Assembly (NCBI GenBank): GCA_913049785.1
Contig: CAJWXP010000001.1
Span: forward strand, 7,447-71,446
Length of the DNA stretch: 64,000 bases
Direction: 5' to 3'
Source: an uncultured Dehalococcoidia bacterium
GTDB lineage: Bacteria > Chloroflexota > Dehalococcoidia > Lucifugimonadales > UBA1127
The translations under genes were made by a program, and so were the position numbers. Of the stretch, positions 28,399 to 39,237 are shown piece by piece; the first letter of the stretch is position 1, and each line of letters begins with the position of its first letter. Under the pieces are notes generated by a model. The model was given only the letters and a program-made list of their open reading frames with translations, had not been told where the DNA came from and did not search any database.

Positions 28399-29706
28399 AT
28401 GTTTTCATCGACTCGGCTTGGTGGTGTCCACTACGCCTGGGTGATCGTTGGCCTGGCGTTTGGAATCCAGACTGCAAGCTCCTCGATGCGTCTGGCTTTT
28501 GGCACCTTTGTTGACCCGCTGGCGGAAACATACGGCTGGTCCAACGGTTCTATCGGCCTGGCCTATGCCATTCAGTTCGCCGCTTCCGCAGCGTTCGCAC
28601 CGGTTGCCGGTTGGATGGGCGATGTCTATGGGACACGACGCACCCTCCTTGTAGGTGTGGTGCTGTTTGCTGTGGGGATTATGCTGACGGGCAGCATGGA
28701 TAGCCTGTGGGAGTTCTACCTCTATTACGGCGTCATCGTCGGCGTTGCCCTCGCGGTATTCATGGTGCTGCTGGTCTCAGCGGTCTCCTACTGGTTCAAG
28801 ACCCAGCAAGGGCTAGCCATAGGGGTGCTTATGGCGTCCTTTGGCGTTGGCCCGTTGATCGCCGCACCCCTAATCGTCTACGTCATCAACCGATTCGGCT
28901 GGGGAACGGCCATGACTGTCGCCGGTCTTGGCTCCGGCCTGATAATGCTGGTCCTCATCGCCAAATTTTACGGAAAGCCTGCTGACAATGGCGCTAAACC
29001 CTATGGCGCGTTGCCGTCAGACCCCATTGAGGCCGTGGCGGACAGGGCAACAGTGACCGCAGAATCCAAGGCGTTCTTCAATCGAGCGCGAGGCACGTTC
29101 AATTTCTGGAACTTGGTGAACATCCACTTCCTGGGGTGCGTGGGCCATTCCATCATCATTGTGTACGGCGCATCTATTGCTATCCATGAGGGGATCGATC
29201 CTGTGGTGGCTGCGGGAGTAGTCAGCACCTTCTTTGGATTGAGCATCGCCTCAAGGTTCTGGACGGCCTTTCTGGCAGACTACTTCAGCCCACGAGGCAT
29301 TATGGTGGCCTCCTTCTTTCTCCAGGGAGTCACGGTGTTCATGCTGTTGGAATCCACCGCTGTCTGGCATTTCTACCTCTTCGCCGTGGTCTTCGGCATC
29401 GGGTACGGTGGAGAGGGGACCGTGTTCCCTATGTTGGACCGGAGTTACTACAAGAAGGCACCCTTTGGCACGTCGTACGGTTGGCAGATGTTCGGGGCCA
29501 GCCTAGGCATGGGCCTGGGGGGATGGATCGGCGGCTATCTGTTTGACATAACCGGTACGTATACCCTGACCATCCTCGTATCGGCGGCCACAAGCCTCGG
29601 CGGGATGGTGAGCATCTTATTCCTGGCGGATCCTCGCAAAGAGTTGATACCTGACTGGAATAAGGACATCGTCGTAGACGGCGGCGCGTTGCGTCACGTT
29701 CACTAA
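28399..29706 (+). CDS. MFS transporter
   Basis: HYAWVIV, GWMGDVYGTRR, about 12 TM helices; start could be 28384. Confidence 0.88.
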   Translation: MFSSTRLGGVHYAWVIVGLAFGIQTASSSMRLAFGTFVDPLAETYGWSNGSIGLAYAIQFAASAAFAPVAGWMGDVYGTRRTLLVGVVLFAVGIMLTGSMDSLWEFYLYYGVIVGVALAVFMVLLVSAVSYWFKTQQGLAIGVLMASFGVGPLIAAPLIVYVINRFGWGTAMTVAGLGSGLIMLVLIAKFYGKPADNGAKPYGALPSDPIEAVADRATVTAESKAFFNRARGTFNFWNLVNIHFLGCVGHSIIIVYGASIAIHEGIDPVVAAGVVSTFFGLSIASRFWTAFLADYFSPRGIMVASFFLQGVTVFMLLESTAVWHFYLFAVVFGIGYGGEGTVFPMLDRSYYKKAPFGTSYGWQMFGASLGMGLGGWIGGYLFDITGTYTLTILVSAATSLGGMVSILFLADPRKELIPDWNKDIVVDGGALRHVH

Positions 29707-29736
29707 CCAGTTGACCTTCCGTAATTCCCCTAGGAG

Positions 29737-30660
29737 ATGAATGTGTCCCTCTGGCTGCTGTTAGCGCTGATCGTTCCCTTCATGCTGGCTGCCGTGAACA
29801 TGATCGATAAGCTGGTAGTAGACCGGCACATCAGCACAACTCTCCTGTATCCCTTCTACGTCGGCATCGTTGAGGTAGTGCTCGCTACTACCCTACTCAC
29901 GACACTACTTCTGACCGGGTTGGAAGATGCGGACTGGCGGGTGATAGGCGGTGCAATGGCCATGGGTTCGTTGCGCGGAATAAGTCTGGCCACCATGGTC
30001 CTTGCGCTGCGGTTGGAACAGGTCTCCCGGGTCATCGCACTCTGGTTCCTCAACCCCATCATGGTCGTAGGCATGGCCGTCGCCTTCCTCAGCGAGTCGA
30101 TATCAGTTCTGGCGATCGGAGCTATCGCGATGGCATCGTTGGGCGCTGGGGTGGTGTCGTGGACGGGAGGCAAAACGTCAGGAGGTTTCATGCCACCCAA
30201 GGTCATCGTCCTGGCGCTGGTGTCTGCGTTGGCCTGGGCCACGGCGAACATCCTGACGAAGCAGTTTGTTGACGATGAGTCCTTCTGGCAGCTCTACTTC
30301 GGCTCTCGCGCAGGCTTCGGCGCAGTGATGATGGTGTTGATATTCAGCAAAGAGGTGCGACGGGCTGCTCGGACCGAATGGCGGTCTCGACCGCTAATAG
30401 GCCTGTTCCTGCTGGCGGAACTGATCGTCACCATCAGCCTTATCCTCTACTACTCCGCTATCAACCTGGGGCCGGTGTCCCTGGTCTCCGCCATCGGCGC
30501 GATACAACCGCTTACGGTGCTTATCTACTCCATTGCGCTTGCCCTGCTGTTCCCGGCTATCTTCAGCGGCTGGGTTACCAGAGGTAGAGGCAAACTTGTG
30601 CCGCAGCTCATCGGCACCCTGGTGCTGGCCGTGGGTGTCAGCATTGTCAGCGTTCAGTAG
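29737..30660 (+). CDS. EamA/DMT family transporter
   Basis: Ten hydrophobic segments in two repeats; FLSE and GPVSLVS motifs. Confidence 0.85.
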   Translation: MNVSLWLLLALIVPFMLAAVNMIDKLVVDRHISTTLLYPFYVGIVEVVLATTLLTTLLLTGLEDADWRVIGGAMAMGSLRGISLATMVLALRLEQVSRVIALWFLNPIMVVGMAVAFLSESISVLAIGAIAMASLGAGVVSWTGGKTSGGFMPPKVIVLALVSALAWATANILTKQFVDDESFWQLYFGSRAGFGAVMMVLIFSKEVRRAARTEWRSRPLIGLFLLAELIVTISLILYYSAINLGPVSLVSAIGAIQPLTVLIYSIALALLFPAIFSGWVTRGRGKLVPQLIGTLVLAVGVSIVSVQ

Positions 30661-30782
30661 CAGCCTTTGTGGTGCTAGGCGCGTTGACATGACCGCCGGG
30701 GCGATGCACCCTTCACCTTGGCGACAGCATCGGAATAAGTACGAACGAATCTGAGCGAGTCAGGGTCGGGTGATAGTGATCG

Positions 30783-32192
30783 ATGCGCAAGACCAAGATT
30801 GTTGCTACGTTAGGGCCGGCCTCTTCCGGCGAGGAACAGGTAAGCGAGCTGTTGCAGGCTGGTGTTGACGTCTTCCGCCTCAATTTCTCCCACGGCACCC
30901 ATGAAGAACATACGGCCACAGTAGGTCTGATCCGCAAACACGCCGAGCAGCAAGGCCGATCAGTGGCCATACTCCAGGACCTGCAGGGCCCACGCATCCG
31001 CACAGGCATGTTAGCTGGCGGCGTTCCCGTCCACCTTCAACCCGGCACCCCACTTATCCTCACCACAAAGCAGGTCGACGGCTCTGCCGACATGGTCTCT
31101 GTCACGTACGGCGGGCTTCCCAAAGACGCGCACGTAGGCAGTCGCATCTTTATCGCAGATGGGTCGATAGAGTTGCGAGTGGTGACAGCGACATCCACCG
31201 AGCTTCGCACTGAGGTCGTCCGTGGGGGGAAGTTGGGGGAGCGGAAGGGCATCAACGCCCCGGAAGTCCACCTGAACGTCAAGAGTTTCACGGACAAGGA
31301 TCAGGAGGATCTCCACCTGGGGGTGAGCTTGGGCGTCGACTACATCGCATTGAGTTTTGTGCGTAGCGCCGCTGACGTGGAGGAAGTCCGAAGCGCGATA
31401 TGGGCGTCGGGCGCCTCGATTCCCATCATCGCGAAGATCGAGAGCCAGGAAGCCGTAGAGCGCCTGGACGAGATACTGCAGGCAAGTGATGGGGTCATGG
31501 TCGCTCGGGGAGACCTTGGGGTGGAGTTGGGCCCAGAAAGGGTCCCCATGCTCCAGAAATCGATACTGCGCCGGGCGAACGAGCTTGGAGTCCCGTCCAT
31601 CACCGCAACGCAGATGCTGGAATCCATGATCACCAGCCCATCGCCGACGAGGGCAGAGGCCAGCGATGTGGCCAACGCCATCCTTGACGGTACTGACGCC
31701 GTGATGCTCTCAGGCGAAACGGCTGTGGGCCGGTATCCTTTGGAAGCAGTACGAACTATGGATAGCATCGCCCTGGAGGTAGAATCACACGCCCCTCGAA
31801 TCGACATGCACTTGGAATACTCAAGCGACCACAGCCATAGCCTAGCGCATGCTGCAACCCTGGTGGCGGAAGAAGTGGATGCCACCGCCATTGCCGTATT
31901 CACCAACAGTGGATTCACGGCGCAACTCCTGTCAAAACAGGCTCCCATGATCCCTATCTACGCGTTCACGTCGCGGGAGGATACGTACCACAGACTTGCG
32001 CTGTGGCACGGAGTGACGGCACTACGTGGCGAATTTGCGGAGGATACAGACGCCTTAATTGCAGGGATGCTTGGGGAGTTACGGGACCGTCAGTTTGCCG
32101 AGCTAGGGCGTAACGTAGTAGTGGTTCGGCTTTCTCCTCCCGGGGGCAGGCACCTGGCAAATTTTATTACGGTGCGTGTTATTACTCTTTGA
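30783..32192 (+). CDS. pyk: Pyruvate kinase
   Basis: KTKIVATLGP, FRLNFSHG, DLQGPRIR, IIAKIE, MVARGDLGVE, TATQMLESM, MLSGETA. Confidence 0.97.
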   Translation: MRKTKIVATLGPASSGEEQVSELLQAGVDVFRLNFSHGTHEEHTATVGLIRKHAEQQGRSVAILQDLQGPRIRTGMLAGGVPVHLQPGTPLILTTKQVDGSADMVSVTYGGLPKDAHVGSRIFIADGSIELRVVTATSTELRTEVVRGGKLGERKGINAPEVHLNVKSFTDKDQEDLHLGVSLGVDYIALSFVRSAADVEEVRSAIWASGASIPIIAKIESQEAVERLDEILQASDGVMVARGDLGVELGPERVPMLQKSILRRANELGVPSITATQMLESMITSPSPTRAEASDVANAILDGTDAVMLSGETAVGRYPLEAVRTMDSIALEVESHAPRIDMHLEYSSDHSHSLAHAATLVAEEVDATAIAVFTNSGFTAQLLSKQAPMIPIYAFTSREDTYHRLALWHGVTALRGEFAEDTDALIAGMLGELRDRQFAELGRNVVVVRLSPPGGRHLANFITVRVITL

Positions 32193-32384
32193 ACCTTTTT
32201 CAATCACTATGACCTTCTCTTGCGCCTTGGTCAGAGGCAGGATCGAGCTAGTTCTATTCCGATCCTCCTTCTAGCACTCTAGGCATCTATTTCATCAAAG
32301 AAACATGTCACTCATGACTATCGCTGGTTCCCACTGGCAGATACGGTGTTTACGATAATCGCAACAGATTGTTGTACCTAGGCC

Positions 32385-32413
32385 TTGACACGTAGTTATT
32401 TGTCCTGTAGCTT
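32385..32413 (+). promoter_or_regulatory. Sigma70-type promoter
   Basis: TTGACA-N17-TAGCTT upstream of the SBP gene. Confidence 0.55.
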
Positions 32414-32478
32414 GCTTAAGGTTTTAATAGGCGTTTCGACTGTCATATGACCGTCATATACAAAAGGGGGGTAGAGTT

Positions 32479-34221
32479 ATGGTTCGATTACTACGTGGTG
32501 GGAGCACTACGATCATCCTGGGGCTAATGGCCCTTATGTTGCTGGCCGCGTGCAGCAGCGACGGCGACGATGAAAGCACGTCAGGAGCAGCAGCACCAAC
32601 TGCAGTGCCTGCCACCGCTGTTGCTCCTGCTCCAGACGCAAAGCCGACAGTGGAGAAATTGGTCATCTCCGACGCAATTCCTTCTGTGGAGTCCAACAAC
32701 CCCTGGAAGCTTGAAAACCCCCGGACTCCCTATTACATGCGACCTATGTATGAATCACTCATTGGCGTTGACGCCCTCACCGGGGAGTTTGTGCCACAGT
32801 TGGCAACGGAGTTCAGTGTTGAGCCGGACGGAACATCCCTCCGCTTCATACTCCGCAAGGGTGTCAGGTTCCACGGCGACAACGGTGAGTTCACTGCGGC
32901 AGATGTGGTGGCCACCCACGCCAATTCTTCTGCGGAGGACTCCGTCCACACCCATAGGACCCAATATCGCAGGGTCACCGTTGAAGTGGTCAACGACTAC
33001 GAGATCGTCTTCCGCACTGACGTACCCAACCCGGAGCTGATCCCCAACATCTCCGAGCGGAACACCATTTCCATGGAGCCCTATAGCGCCAAGGATATGG
33101 CTGCACTGGGTGGTAACCCAGACCTATCCAGCAGGCTTCCGGCGGGCACGGGCTTCTACGAGTATGATGACCGGTTCCAGGGCCAATTCTTCCGAATGAA
33201 GCGCGTCCCCTACCAGCACTGGGAGAACCAGGGGCAGTTCGAAGAGATAGAGATGCGTTTTATCAGTGAGGCGTCCACCCGCCTGGCGGGACTGCTGACG
33301 GCAGAGATCCACATGGGCCAGCTCCCGCGGGATCAGCAACAACAGGCGGTGGCTGAGGGCCTGAAGGTGGCCCGGGCCAAGGTACTGGCCCGAGAGCGGA
33401 CCTTGCTGTTCGGTGGGATGCAACTCGACAAGAAATACGCAAACTATGAAGCGCAAGGCACCGCTTGCGGATACGCCCACTGTGACTCGGTCTTCCTTGA
33501 CGTCAAAGTGCGCAGGGCCCTGAGCAAGGCCATCAACCGGGCTTCCCTCAACAACGCCTTCTTCGGCGGCGAGGGTATTGAAGTCCACAACATCCATATG
33601 ATACCCACAGCCTCCTACTGGAACCCGGCATGGGACCAGAACTTCCAGGAACAGTATGGGTACGACCCGGCAGCAGCCCTGGCCCTGCTGGCCGAGGCGG
33701 GCTATAGCACCAGCAACCCCCTGGAATTTAAGATTGATGGTACCGCCGTCGGAGGGTTCCCTGAGGCGGGGGACTTTGCCGAGACGTTCGTTGGGTTCTG
33801 GCAGGAAATCGGGGTCAAGGCCACTCTTGATCTGACAGATAGCACTACCAGCCGGGCATGGGGCAGGTCCTTTGATGTGAAACTTAATAACCGCATGGCG
33901 GGGTGGATGACCAGCAACATCGTGGAGACCCAGGCCTTCCGCGTCCACAACTGGGCTGGCTCGGCGCCACGGGGCGGCCCCGAGTTCCCAGAACTTGAGG
34001 TGGCCATCCTGGCCCAACGGAACACGGTGGACCCGGTGAGGGCCCTGGACGGGTTGCGGCAGGTGGGAGACGTGATATTCCCGCTGCACATCGGCATACC
34101 CATCTTCTGGATCCCTGACGACATCGTCTACAACCCAGAAGTCGTCGCATCCTACGAGTGGTCAGGCGTACCGCTGGGAACATACAGCAGCTTCCAGCAG
34201 ATCAAGGCTGTTCTGGAGTAA
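32479..34221 (+). CDS. ABC transporter substrate-binding lipoprotein, family 5 (peptide/nickel-like)
   Basis: Lipobox LAAC; YESL...PQLA...FILRKGVRFH...FTAADV; KVRRALSKAINR; YDPAAALALLAEAGY. Confidence 0.9.
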   Translation: MVRLLRGGSTTIILGLMALMLLAACSSDGDDESTSGAAAPTAVPATAVAPAPDAKPTVEKLVISDAIPSVESNNPWKLENPRTPYYMRPMYESLIGVDALTGEFVPQLATEFSVEPDGTSLRFILRKGVRFHGDNGEFTAADVVATHANSSAEDSVHTHRTQYRRVTVEVVNDYEIVFRTDVPNPELIPNISERNTISMEPYSAKDMAALGGNPDLSSRLPAGTGFYEYDDRFQGQFFRMKRVPYQHWENQGQFEEIEMRFISEASTRLAGLLTAEIHMGQLPRDQQQQAVAEGLKVARAKVLARERTLLFGGMQLDKKYANYEAQGTACGYAHCDSVFLDVKVRRALSKAINRASLNNAFFGGEGIEVHNIHMIPTASYWNPAWDQNFQEQYGYDPAAALALLAEAGYSTSNPLEFKIDGTAVGGFPEAGDFAETFVGFWQEIGVKATLDLTDSTTSRAWGRSFDVKLNNRMAGWMTSNIVETQAFRVHNWAGSAPRGGPEFPELEVAILAQRNTVDPVRALDGLRQVGDVIFPLHIGIPIFWIPDDIVYNPEVVASYEWSGVPLGTYSSFQQIKAVLE

Positions 34222-34250
34222 TACCGACCACAGCGTTCAATAGAGACTGA

Positions 34251-34291
34251 GAACTGGGTGACACGGAATTCCGTGTCACCCAGTTCGTTTT
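34251..34291 (+). terminator. Intrinsic terminator
   Basis: GAACTGGGTGACACGGA/TCCGTGTCACCCAGTTC palindrome plus TTTT. Confidence 0.85.
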
Positions 34292-34384
34292 GTGTGGGAG
34301 ATGTGCCTCGTCGTATTGCTGCCCCTTGCTTGACGCTACCTATGGCGCCTCATACCATGCGCTGAACCACAGTAAGGGGGATTC

Positions 34385-35371
34385 ATGGAGGGTACTCCAC
34401 AGGATCCGGGCTCAAGTTTCCGGGCGAACATCATCCGCGTCAAAACCTTCTGAGAGATCGGCCTCCACCTGGTCAGTGACCCCAGCATCACCTACGGCGG
34501 CAACCGGGACATGACCATCACTATAGGCAGTGGCGCTCACGAGGACTTTCAACCATCGCTGCGCATGGCCACGGGTTCCATCATCCTTGCCCACGGCGTT
34601 GCCAGTGGTGACGTGGACATGGCCTTCGTGAACCCTTCGGCGTGTCTCACCCAGGCGTACAAGGGGACTGGCATGTTCGATAAGCCCCTGCCCGTTCGCA
34701 TCGTTGCCAGCTATCCCTCGTGGGACCGCTTTGTGGTTGTGGCGCACCCTAGGATCGGCATCACCTCGCTGGCTGAGATCAAGGAGCGTCGAACCCCCGT
34801 CCGCATGTCCATACGCGAAGACCCCACCCACTCCACGCTGGTGCTGCTGAACCAGATCCTCGCCGTGCATGGCTTCAGCCTGGCGGACATCGAGTCATGG
34901 GGCGGCAGCTTCCAACTGAACGGCCCGCCGCACGATAAACGGCGCATGGACGCGCTTTACGCCGACGAACTGGACATCATCTGCGACGAAGGTATCCCCA
35001 CCATGTGGTTCGACGAAGCCCTTCAGCAGGGTATGCAGCCCATAACGCTGGACGACAAGGTGTTTGGGGCGATGGAGGCCATCGGGTGGCGGAAGGTGAC
35101 GATACCTGCCGGCCGGTTCCCCCATCTGACGCAGGACTATGACTGCATCGATTTCAGCGGCTGGCCCATCTACACCCGGGCAGGGCTGGACGACGAGACG
35201 GTATACAAGGTGTGCGCTGCCATCCACGCCAAGGACGATGCTATCCCCTGGGACGGCGACTCCTACACGGACATCAACCAGGTGTGGCAGGAGACGGAAG
35301 CCACGCCGGTAGACGTGCCGTTCCATCCTGGCGCGCTCCAGTGGTACAAGGAGCACGGCGTTAAGCTTTGA
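34385..35371 (+). pseudogene. TAXI-family TRAP solute-binding protein with in-frame TGA at 34451
   Basis: ATG 34385 is in frame with the 34511 ORF: ...RVKTF*EIGLH...GNRDMTITIG; GDVDMAFVNP, GITSLAEIKE, VPFHPGALQWYKE. Confidence 0.7.
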
Positions 35372-35596
35372 GCAAGGCCGTGCTCTGCAGTTGTCGTTGC
35401 GAGACTTTCACGTTGTTCAGGGTACACTCCGCGAAGGAGTCTGGTGGGATGACTGCGCTCCAAACATCTGGATTGCCACGCTCGACGCTGTCGATGCTCG
35501 CAATGACGAAAGGCTTTGAGGGGCAAGGGTGTAGCGGAATTTATTGACGCAGCTAGAGGATGGCTGATACGCTTCGCCCGCTACGAGGGCATGAAG

Positions 35597-35630
35597 CCCC
35601 CACCCCATCCCTCCCCACGAGGGAGGGAGA
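35597..35630. repeat. REP-like palindrome CCCCCACCCCATCCCTCCCCACGAGGGAGGGAG
   Basis: TCCCTCCC-CACGA-GGGAGGGA hairpin with a C-rich leader, resembling a common intergenic repeat type. Confidence 0.45.
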
Positions 35631-35654
35631 TAACGCAAAGCTAGGTGATTCGGC

Positions 35655-36875
35655 ATGGCAGACCATACGTATGACATCGCAATAATCGGCGGCGGGATAC
35701 TGGGCATTGCCACGGCTATGGAGCTCACCCACCGCTTCCCCAAGCTCACCGTGGGCGTGGTGGAGAAGGAAAAGAGGCTGGCTGCCCATCAGACAGGGCA
35801 CAACAGCGGCGTCATCCACTCCGGCATCTACTACAAGCCAGGCTCACTCAAAGCTCAGAACTGCGTGACGGGCGTAAGTTCCCTGCTGGCGTTCTGCGAC
35901 GAGAACAACATCAAGTACGACCTGTGCGGCAAGGTCATCGTGGCTACCGGGGAAGACGAGCTTGGTCGCCTCGACGACCTGTTTGAGCGAGGGAAGGCCA
36001 ACGGCGTCCCCGGCCTGGAGATGATCGGCCCGGAGCGGCTGAAGGAGATAGAGCCCCACGCGGCGGGCATCAAAGCGCTCTGGTCGCCGAACACAGGCAT
36101 CATCGACTACACAGAGGTCACAGAGGCGTATGGTCGCAAGTTCAGGGAGAACGGCGGGGAGATTCTGACGGATGCCAAGGTTGAGGACATCAAGAAGGGC
36201 AGTGACGGTCGCGTGACCCTCATCACGAACCAGGGCGATGTCAGCGCCAAGTACATGGTCAACTGCGCCGGGTTGCACGCCCACACCATAGCCCACAAGA
36301 TGGGTGTGCCCTACGACCTGCGCATCATCCCCTTCCGTGGCGAGTACTTCACACTGTCGCCGGAAGGACAGGAGTTGGTGAAAGGGCTTATCTACCCGGT
36401 GCCGGATCCCCGGTTCCCGTTCCTGGGCGTGCACTTCACTCGCGGCATCCACGGTGATGTAGAGGCCGGGCCGAACGCCGTGCTGGCCCTTGCTCAGGAG
36501 GGGTATACCAAGTTCAAGATCAACGTGAAGGAAACCCTAGCTACTCTGACCTTCAAGGGCTTCTGGATCATGGCAGCCAAGCACTGGAAGACGGCGTGCC
36601 AGGAGTACTATCGCTCCTTCAGCAAAGGCACATTCACTAAGTCGCTGCAGCGACTGGTGCCGGAGATAGAGAAGCATCACCTCACTGGCGGCGGCGCTGG
36701 TGTCCGAGCCCAGGCTGTCGAGCGCAACGGATTCCTCGTCGATGACTTCCGCATCAGCCAGACGGAGAACGCCATCCACGTTCGCAACGCACCATCGCCG
36801 GGGGCCACGGCATCGCTGTCGATCAGTCGAGGCATCGTCGATATGGCTGAAGAGGCGTTCGACCTCCAGGCGTAG
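35655..36875 (+). CDS. lhgO: L-2-hydroxyglutarate oxidase
   Basis: IIGGGILG, HQTGHNSGVIHSGIYY, PFRGEY, IYPVPDPRFPFLGVHFT, AGVRAQA, NAPSPGAT. Confidence 0.93.
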   Translation: MADHTYDIAIIGGGILGIATAMELTHRFPKLTVGVVEKEKRLAAHQTGHNSGVIHSGIYYKPGSLKAQNCVTGVSSLLAFCDENNIKYDLCGKVIVATGEDELGRLDDLFERGKANGVPGLEMIGPERLKEIEPHAAGIKALWSPNTGIIDYTEVTEAYGRKFRENGGEILTDAKVEDIKKGSDGRVTLITNQGDVSAKYMVNCAGLHAHTIAHKMGVPYDLRIIPFRGEYFTLSPEGQELVKGLIYPVPDPRFPFLGVHFTRGIHGDVEAGPNAVLALAQEGYTKFKINVKETLATLTFKGFWIMAAKHWKTACQEYYRSFSKGTFTKSLQRLVPEIEKHHLTGGGAGVRAQAVERNGFLVDDFRISQTENAIHVRNAPSPGATASLSISRGIVDMAEEAFDLQA

Positions 36876-36979
36876 CCTTCTCAGAATCAACCGACTCTTG
36901 ACAGCCCCTAGCTAGTGTCGTGTACTGTTTTCGAGGCTCAGTTGCCTTCAAGCCAAGAACCTAACAAGGAGGATTCCTG

Positions 36980-38293
36980 ATGCTGACCCACGAAGAAAAT
37001 GACATGTTGACCCAGACCGGGAAGGGCACTCCTATGGGGGAGCTGTTCCGGCGATTCTGGGTTCCGGCTTGCCTATCTGAAGAGATTCCTGGCGCTGACA
37101 GTACGCCCGCGCGAGTGAAGCTGATGGGCGAGGACCTCATCGCCTTCCGTGACAGCGATGGTAATCCTGGCTTGGTTGATGCTCACTGTCCCCATCGTGG
37201 CGCGCCTATGTTCTTTGCTCGCAATGAGGAGTGCGGCTTGCGCTGCGTCTACCACGGATGGAAGTTCGATATAAACGGCAAGTGCGTCGATCTGCCGAAC
37301 TCACCCGAAGGCGAGACGTACAAGGTCAAGGTCAGCATCACCGCGTATCCTGCGTTTGACGCTGCGGGCATGGTGTGGGCGTACCTGGGGCCCAAGGACC
37401 ATCTGCCTCCCAGGCCTCAGTTCGATTGGATGGAGTTCGGGCCTGACCGGACCTACGTGCGCAAGTATCACCTGCGTTGCAACTTCTTCCAGGCCATCGA
37501 GGGCGACTACGACCCGAGCCACGCGGCGTTCCTGCACACCACTCGCGATCTTAACGTCCCTAGCGCCATTGAGAACGCAGCTCCTGCGCTGGGCGCGTTA
37601 CTGGGCAACAAGAGCTTCCTGCGGATGAAGTATGTAACCTATGACGACACCGACTACGGCATGCTGCAAATTGCTGTGACCCCTGAGAGTGATGGCACAC
37701 AGACGGTGTCCGCCAGCCAGTTCTACATGCCCTGCTTCAGTTCGGCGGGCATCGCAGGCGCGGGCGTGTTCTCAAGCAACATGCGCATCCCCATCGACGA
37801 TGAGAGCTGCTACATGTATCGCTTCCGCTGGAGCTATGAGCCGTTTGTGCAGAAGCAGATCGAGGAAGACCGGTTCGGCAACTTCACCTTCCCGGAGCAG
37901 ATACCAGGCTCGTTCATGGCTGTGGAGAACAAGGACAACGATTATCTAGTTGACCGGGTGGCGCAGAAGAACTATTCCTACACCGGCATCAAGTCCTTCC
38001 CCATCCAGGACCTGGCGTTGGTGGAAGACCAGTGGGGCCCAAGGGCTGACCGCTCGTTGGAGCATCTGGTGACGTCTGACGAGCCGATCATGCACGTGAG
38101 GCGGAGGCTACTCAACGCTGCCCGCGAGTTGATGGAGGGGCAGGAGCCTGCCGGGCCTCATAACCCGGAGGGCTTCAGGGTTCACACTGCACGCATGAGC
38201 ATAGCGGGAGGTGTGCCGGTCATAGAGGCCATTGAGCAGATCAAGAAGCAGACGTTGGGGCCGGTACCACCGGCCAAGGTGCACGCAGCCTAA
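36980..38293 (+). CDS. Rieske non-heme iron oxygenase alpha subunit (phthalate 4,5-dioxygenase-like)
   Basis: CPHRG...CVYHGWKF Rieske motif; EGDYDPSHAAFLH; QDLA...EHL. Confidence 0.9.
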   Translation: MLTHEENDMLTQTGKGTPMGELFRRFWVPACLSEEIPGADSTPARVKLMGEDLIAFRDSDGNPGLVDAHCPHRGAPMFFARNEECGLRCVYHGWKFDINGKCVDLPNSPEGETYKVKVSITAYPAFDAAGMVWAYLGPKDHLPPRPQFDWMEFGPDRTYVRKYHLRCNFFQAIEGDYDPSHAAFLHTTRDLNVPSAIENAAPALGALLGNKSFLRMKYVTYDDTDYGMLQIAVTPESDGTQTVSASQFYMPCFSSAGIAGAGVFSSNMRIPIDDESCYMYRFRWSYEPFVQKQIEEDRFGNFTFPEQIPGSFMAVENKDNDYLVDRVAQKNYSYTGIKSFPIQDLALVEDQWGPRADRSLEHLVTSDEPIMHVRRRLLNAARELMEGQEPAGPHNPEGFRVHTARMSIAGGVPVIEAIEQIKKQTLGPVPPAKVHAA

Positions 38294-39090
38294 GTCCCTA
38301 TCTGCAGCGGGTTCTCAATGCCCTGTAGCGTCGTGATGATGGACATCACGGTCAGCCTGCCTGTACGCGGGTTCTCCGTGGGGATGTTCTCGATTTCGAT
38401 GTGCAGCCTGCCGAACTCACCCTCTACCAGGATGTCGTGGCAGTTCCGCTCAAGGCCTGGTACGGCGAAGATGCGGATGCGCGTCTTGTCGGGCCCGATT
38501 CCCGCGAAGCTGACGGCAGCCGAGACATTCACATTGGCGGGGAATCCTTTGCAGGCCTCTCGCGCAGTGCCAGAGAATATCTCCTGCTCCTCTGTGAAGC
38601 CGAGGACTGAAATGCCACGCTCCACCAGATACGGCGAGCCTTCCAGCGCCTTCAACGGCTTCCGTGTGGTCATGGTTACGTGGTCGATGCGTCCGGACGA
38701 TGCCGACTTGATGCCGTCCAGTCCCGCTATCGCGCCAGAAGGCGCATAGAGCTTGCAGCCTCGCTCCTTGGCCATCTCCAGGATCTCAGGGTGGTCCAGC
38801 AACGCGCCGATGCTGATAGCCATGAGGTCCTTGCCAGCCTCGAAGGTCGCCCGGGCAAGGTCGGGCACTACGTCGCCGCCAGCAGCTTCGACCATCAAGT
38901 CGGCGTTGGCGATCAGCTCGTCGCGAGAGCAGTACCCCGGCGGGTTTTTAAGAGTGGCCAGGAATGCCTTCGCGGTCTCATCAGTCCTACTGGTGATGCC
39001 GATAATGGGGAGCGTCATCGCGCCGGACTCGGACGCCTTCAGAAGCGCCTGGCCCACTGCACCACATCCCACTATCCCAATGGTTGTCAT
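38290..39090 (-). CDS. nadX: Aspartate dehydrogenase
   Basis: IGIVGCGAVG, VEAAG, SIGAL, PSGAIAGLD, FPANVNVSA, ENPRTG. Confidence 0.88.
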   Translation of the reverse strand: MTTIGIVGCGAVGQALLKASESGAMTLPIIGITSRTDETAKAFLATLKNPPGYCSRDELIANADLMVEAAGGDVVPDLARATFEAGKDLMAISIGALLDHPEILEMAKERGCKLYAPSGAIAGLDGIKSASSGRIDHVTMTTRKPLKALEGSPYLVERGISVLGFTEEQEIFSGTAREACKGFPANVNVSAAVSFAGIGPDKTRIRIFAVPGLERNCHDILVEGEFGRLHIEIENIPTENPRTGRLTVMSIITTLQGIENPLQIGT

Positions 39091-39237
39091 TGTCTGAACC
39101 ACCCTTCTCATACTACGTTCTGGAACTGCGGCAACACTGTAGCATGTATTGCCCTACCGTAGCCACGCTAGCTAGGAATCCGGTACACTCCGCTTGTCCG
39201 AATTCAGCCTTATGTGGCTAATCGAAAGGAATCATCA

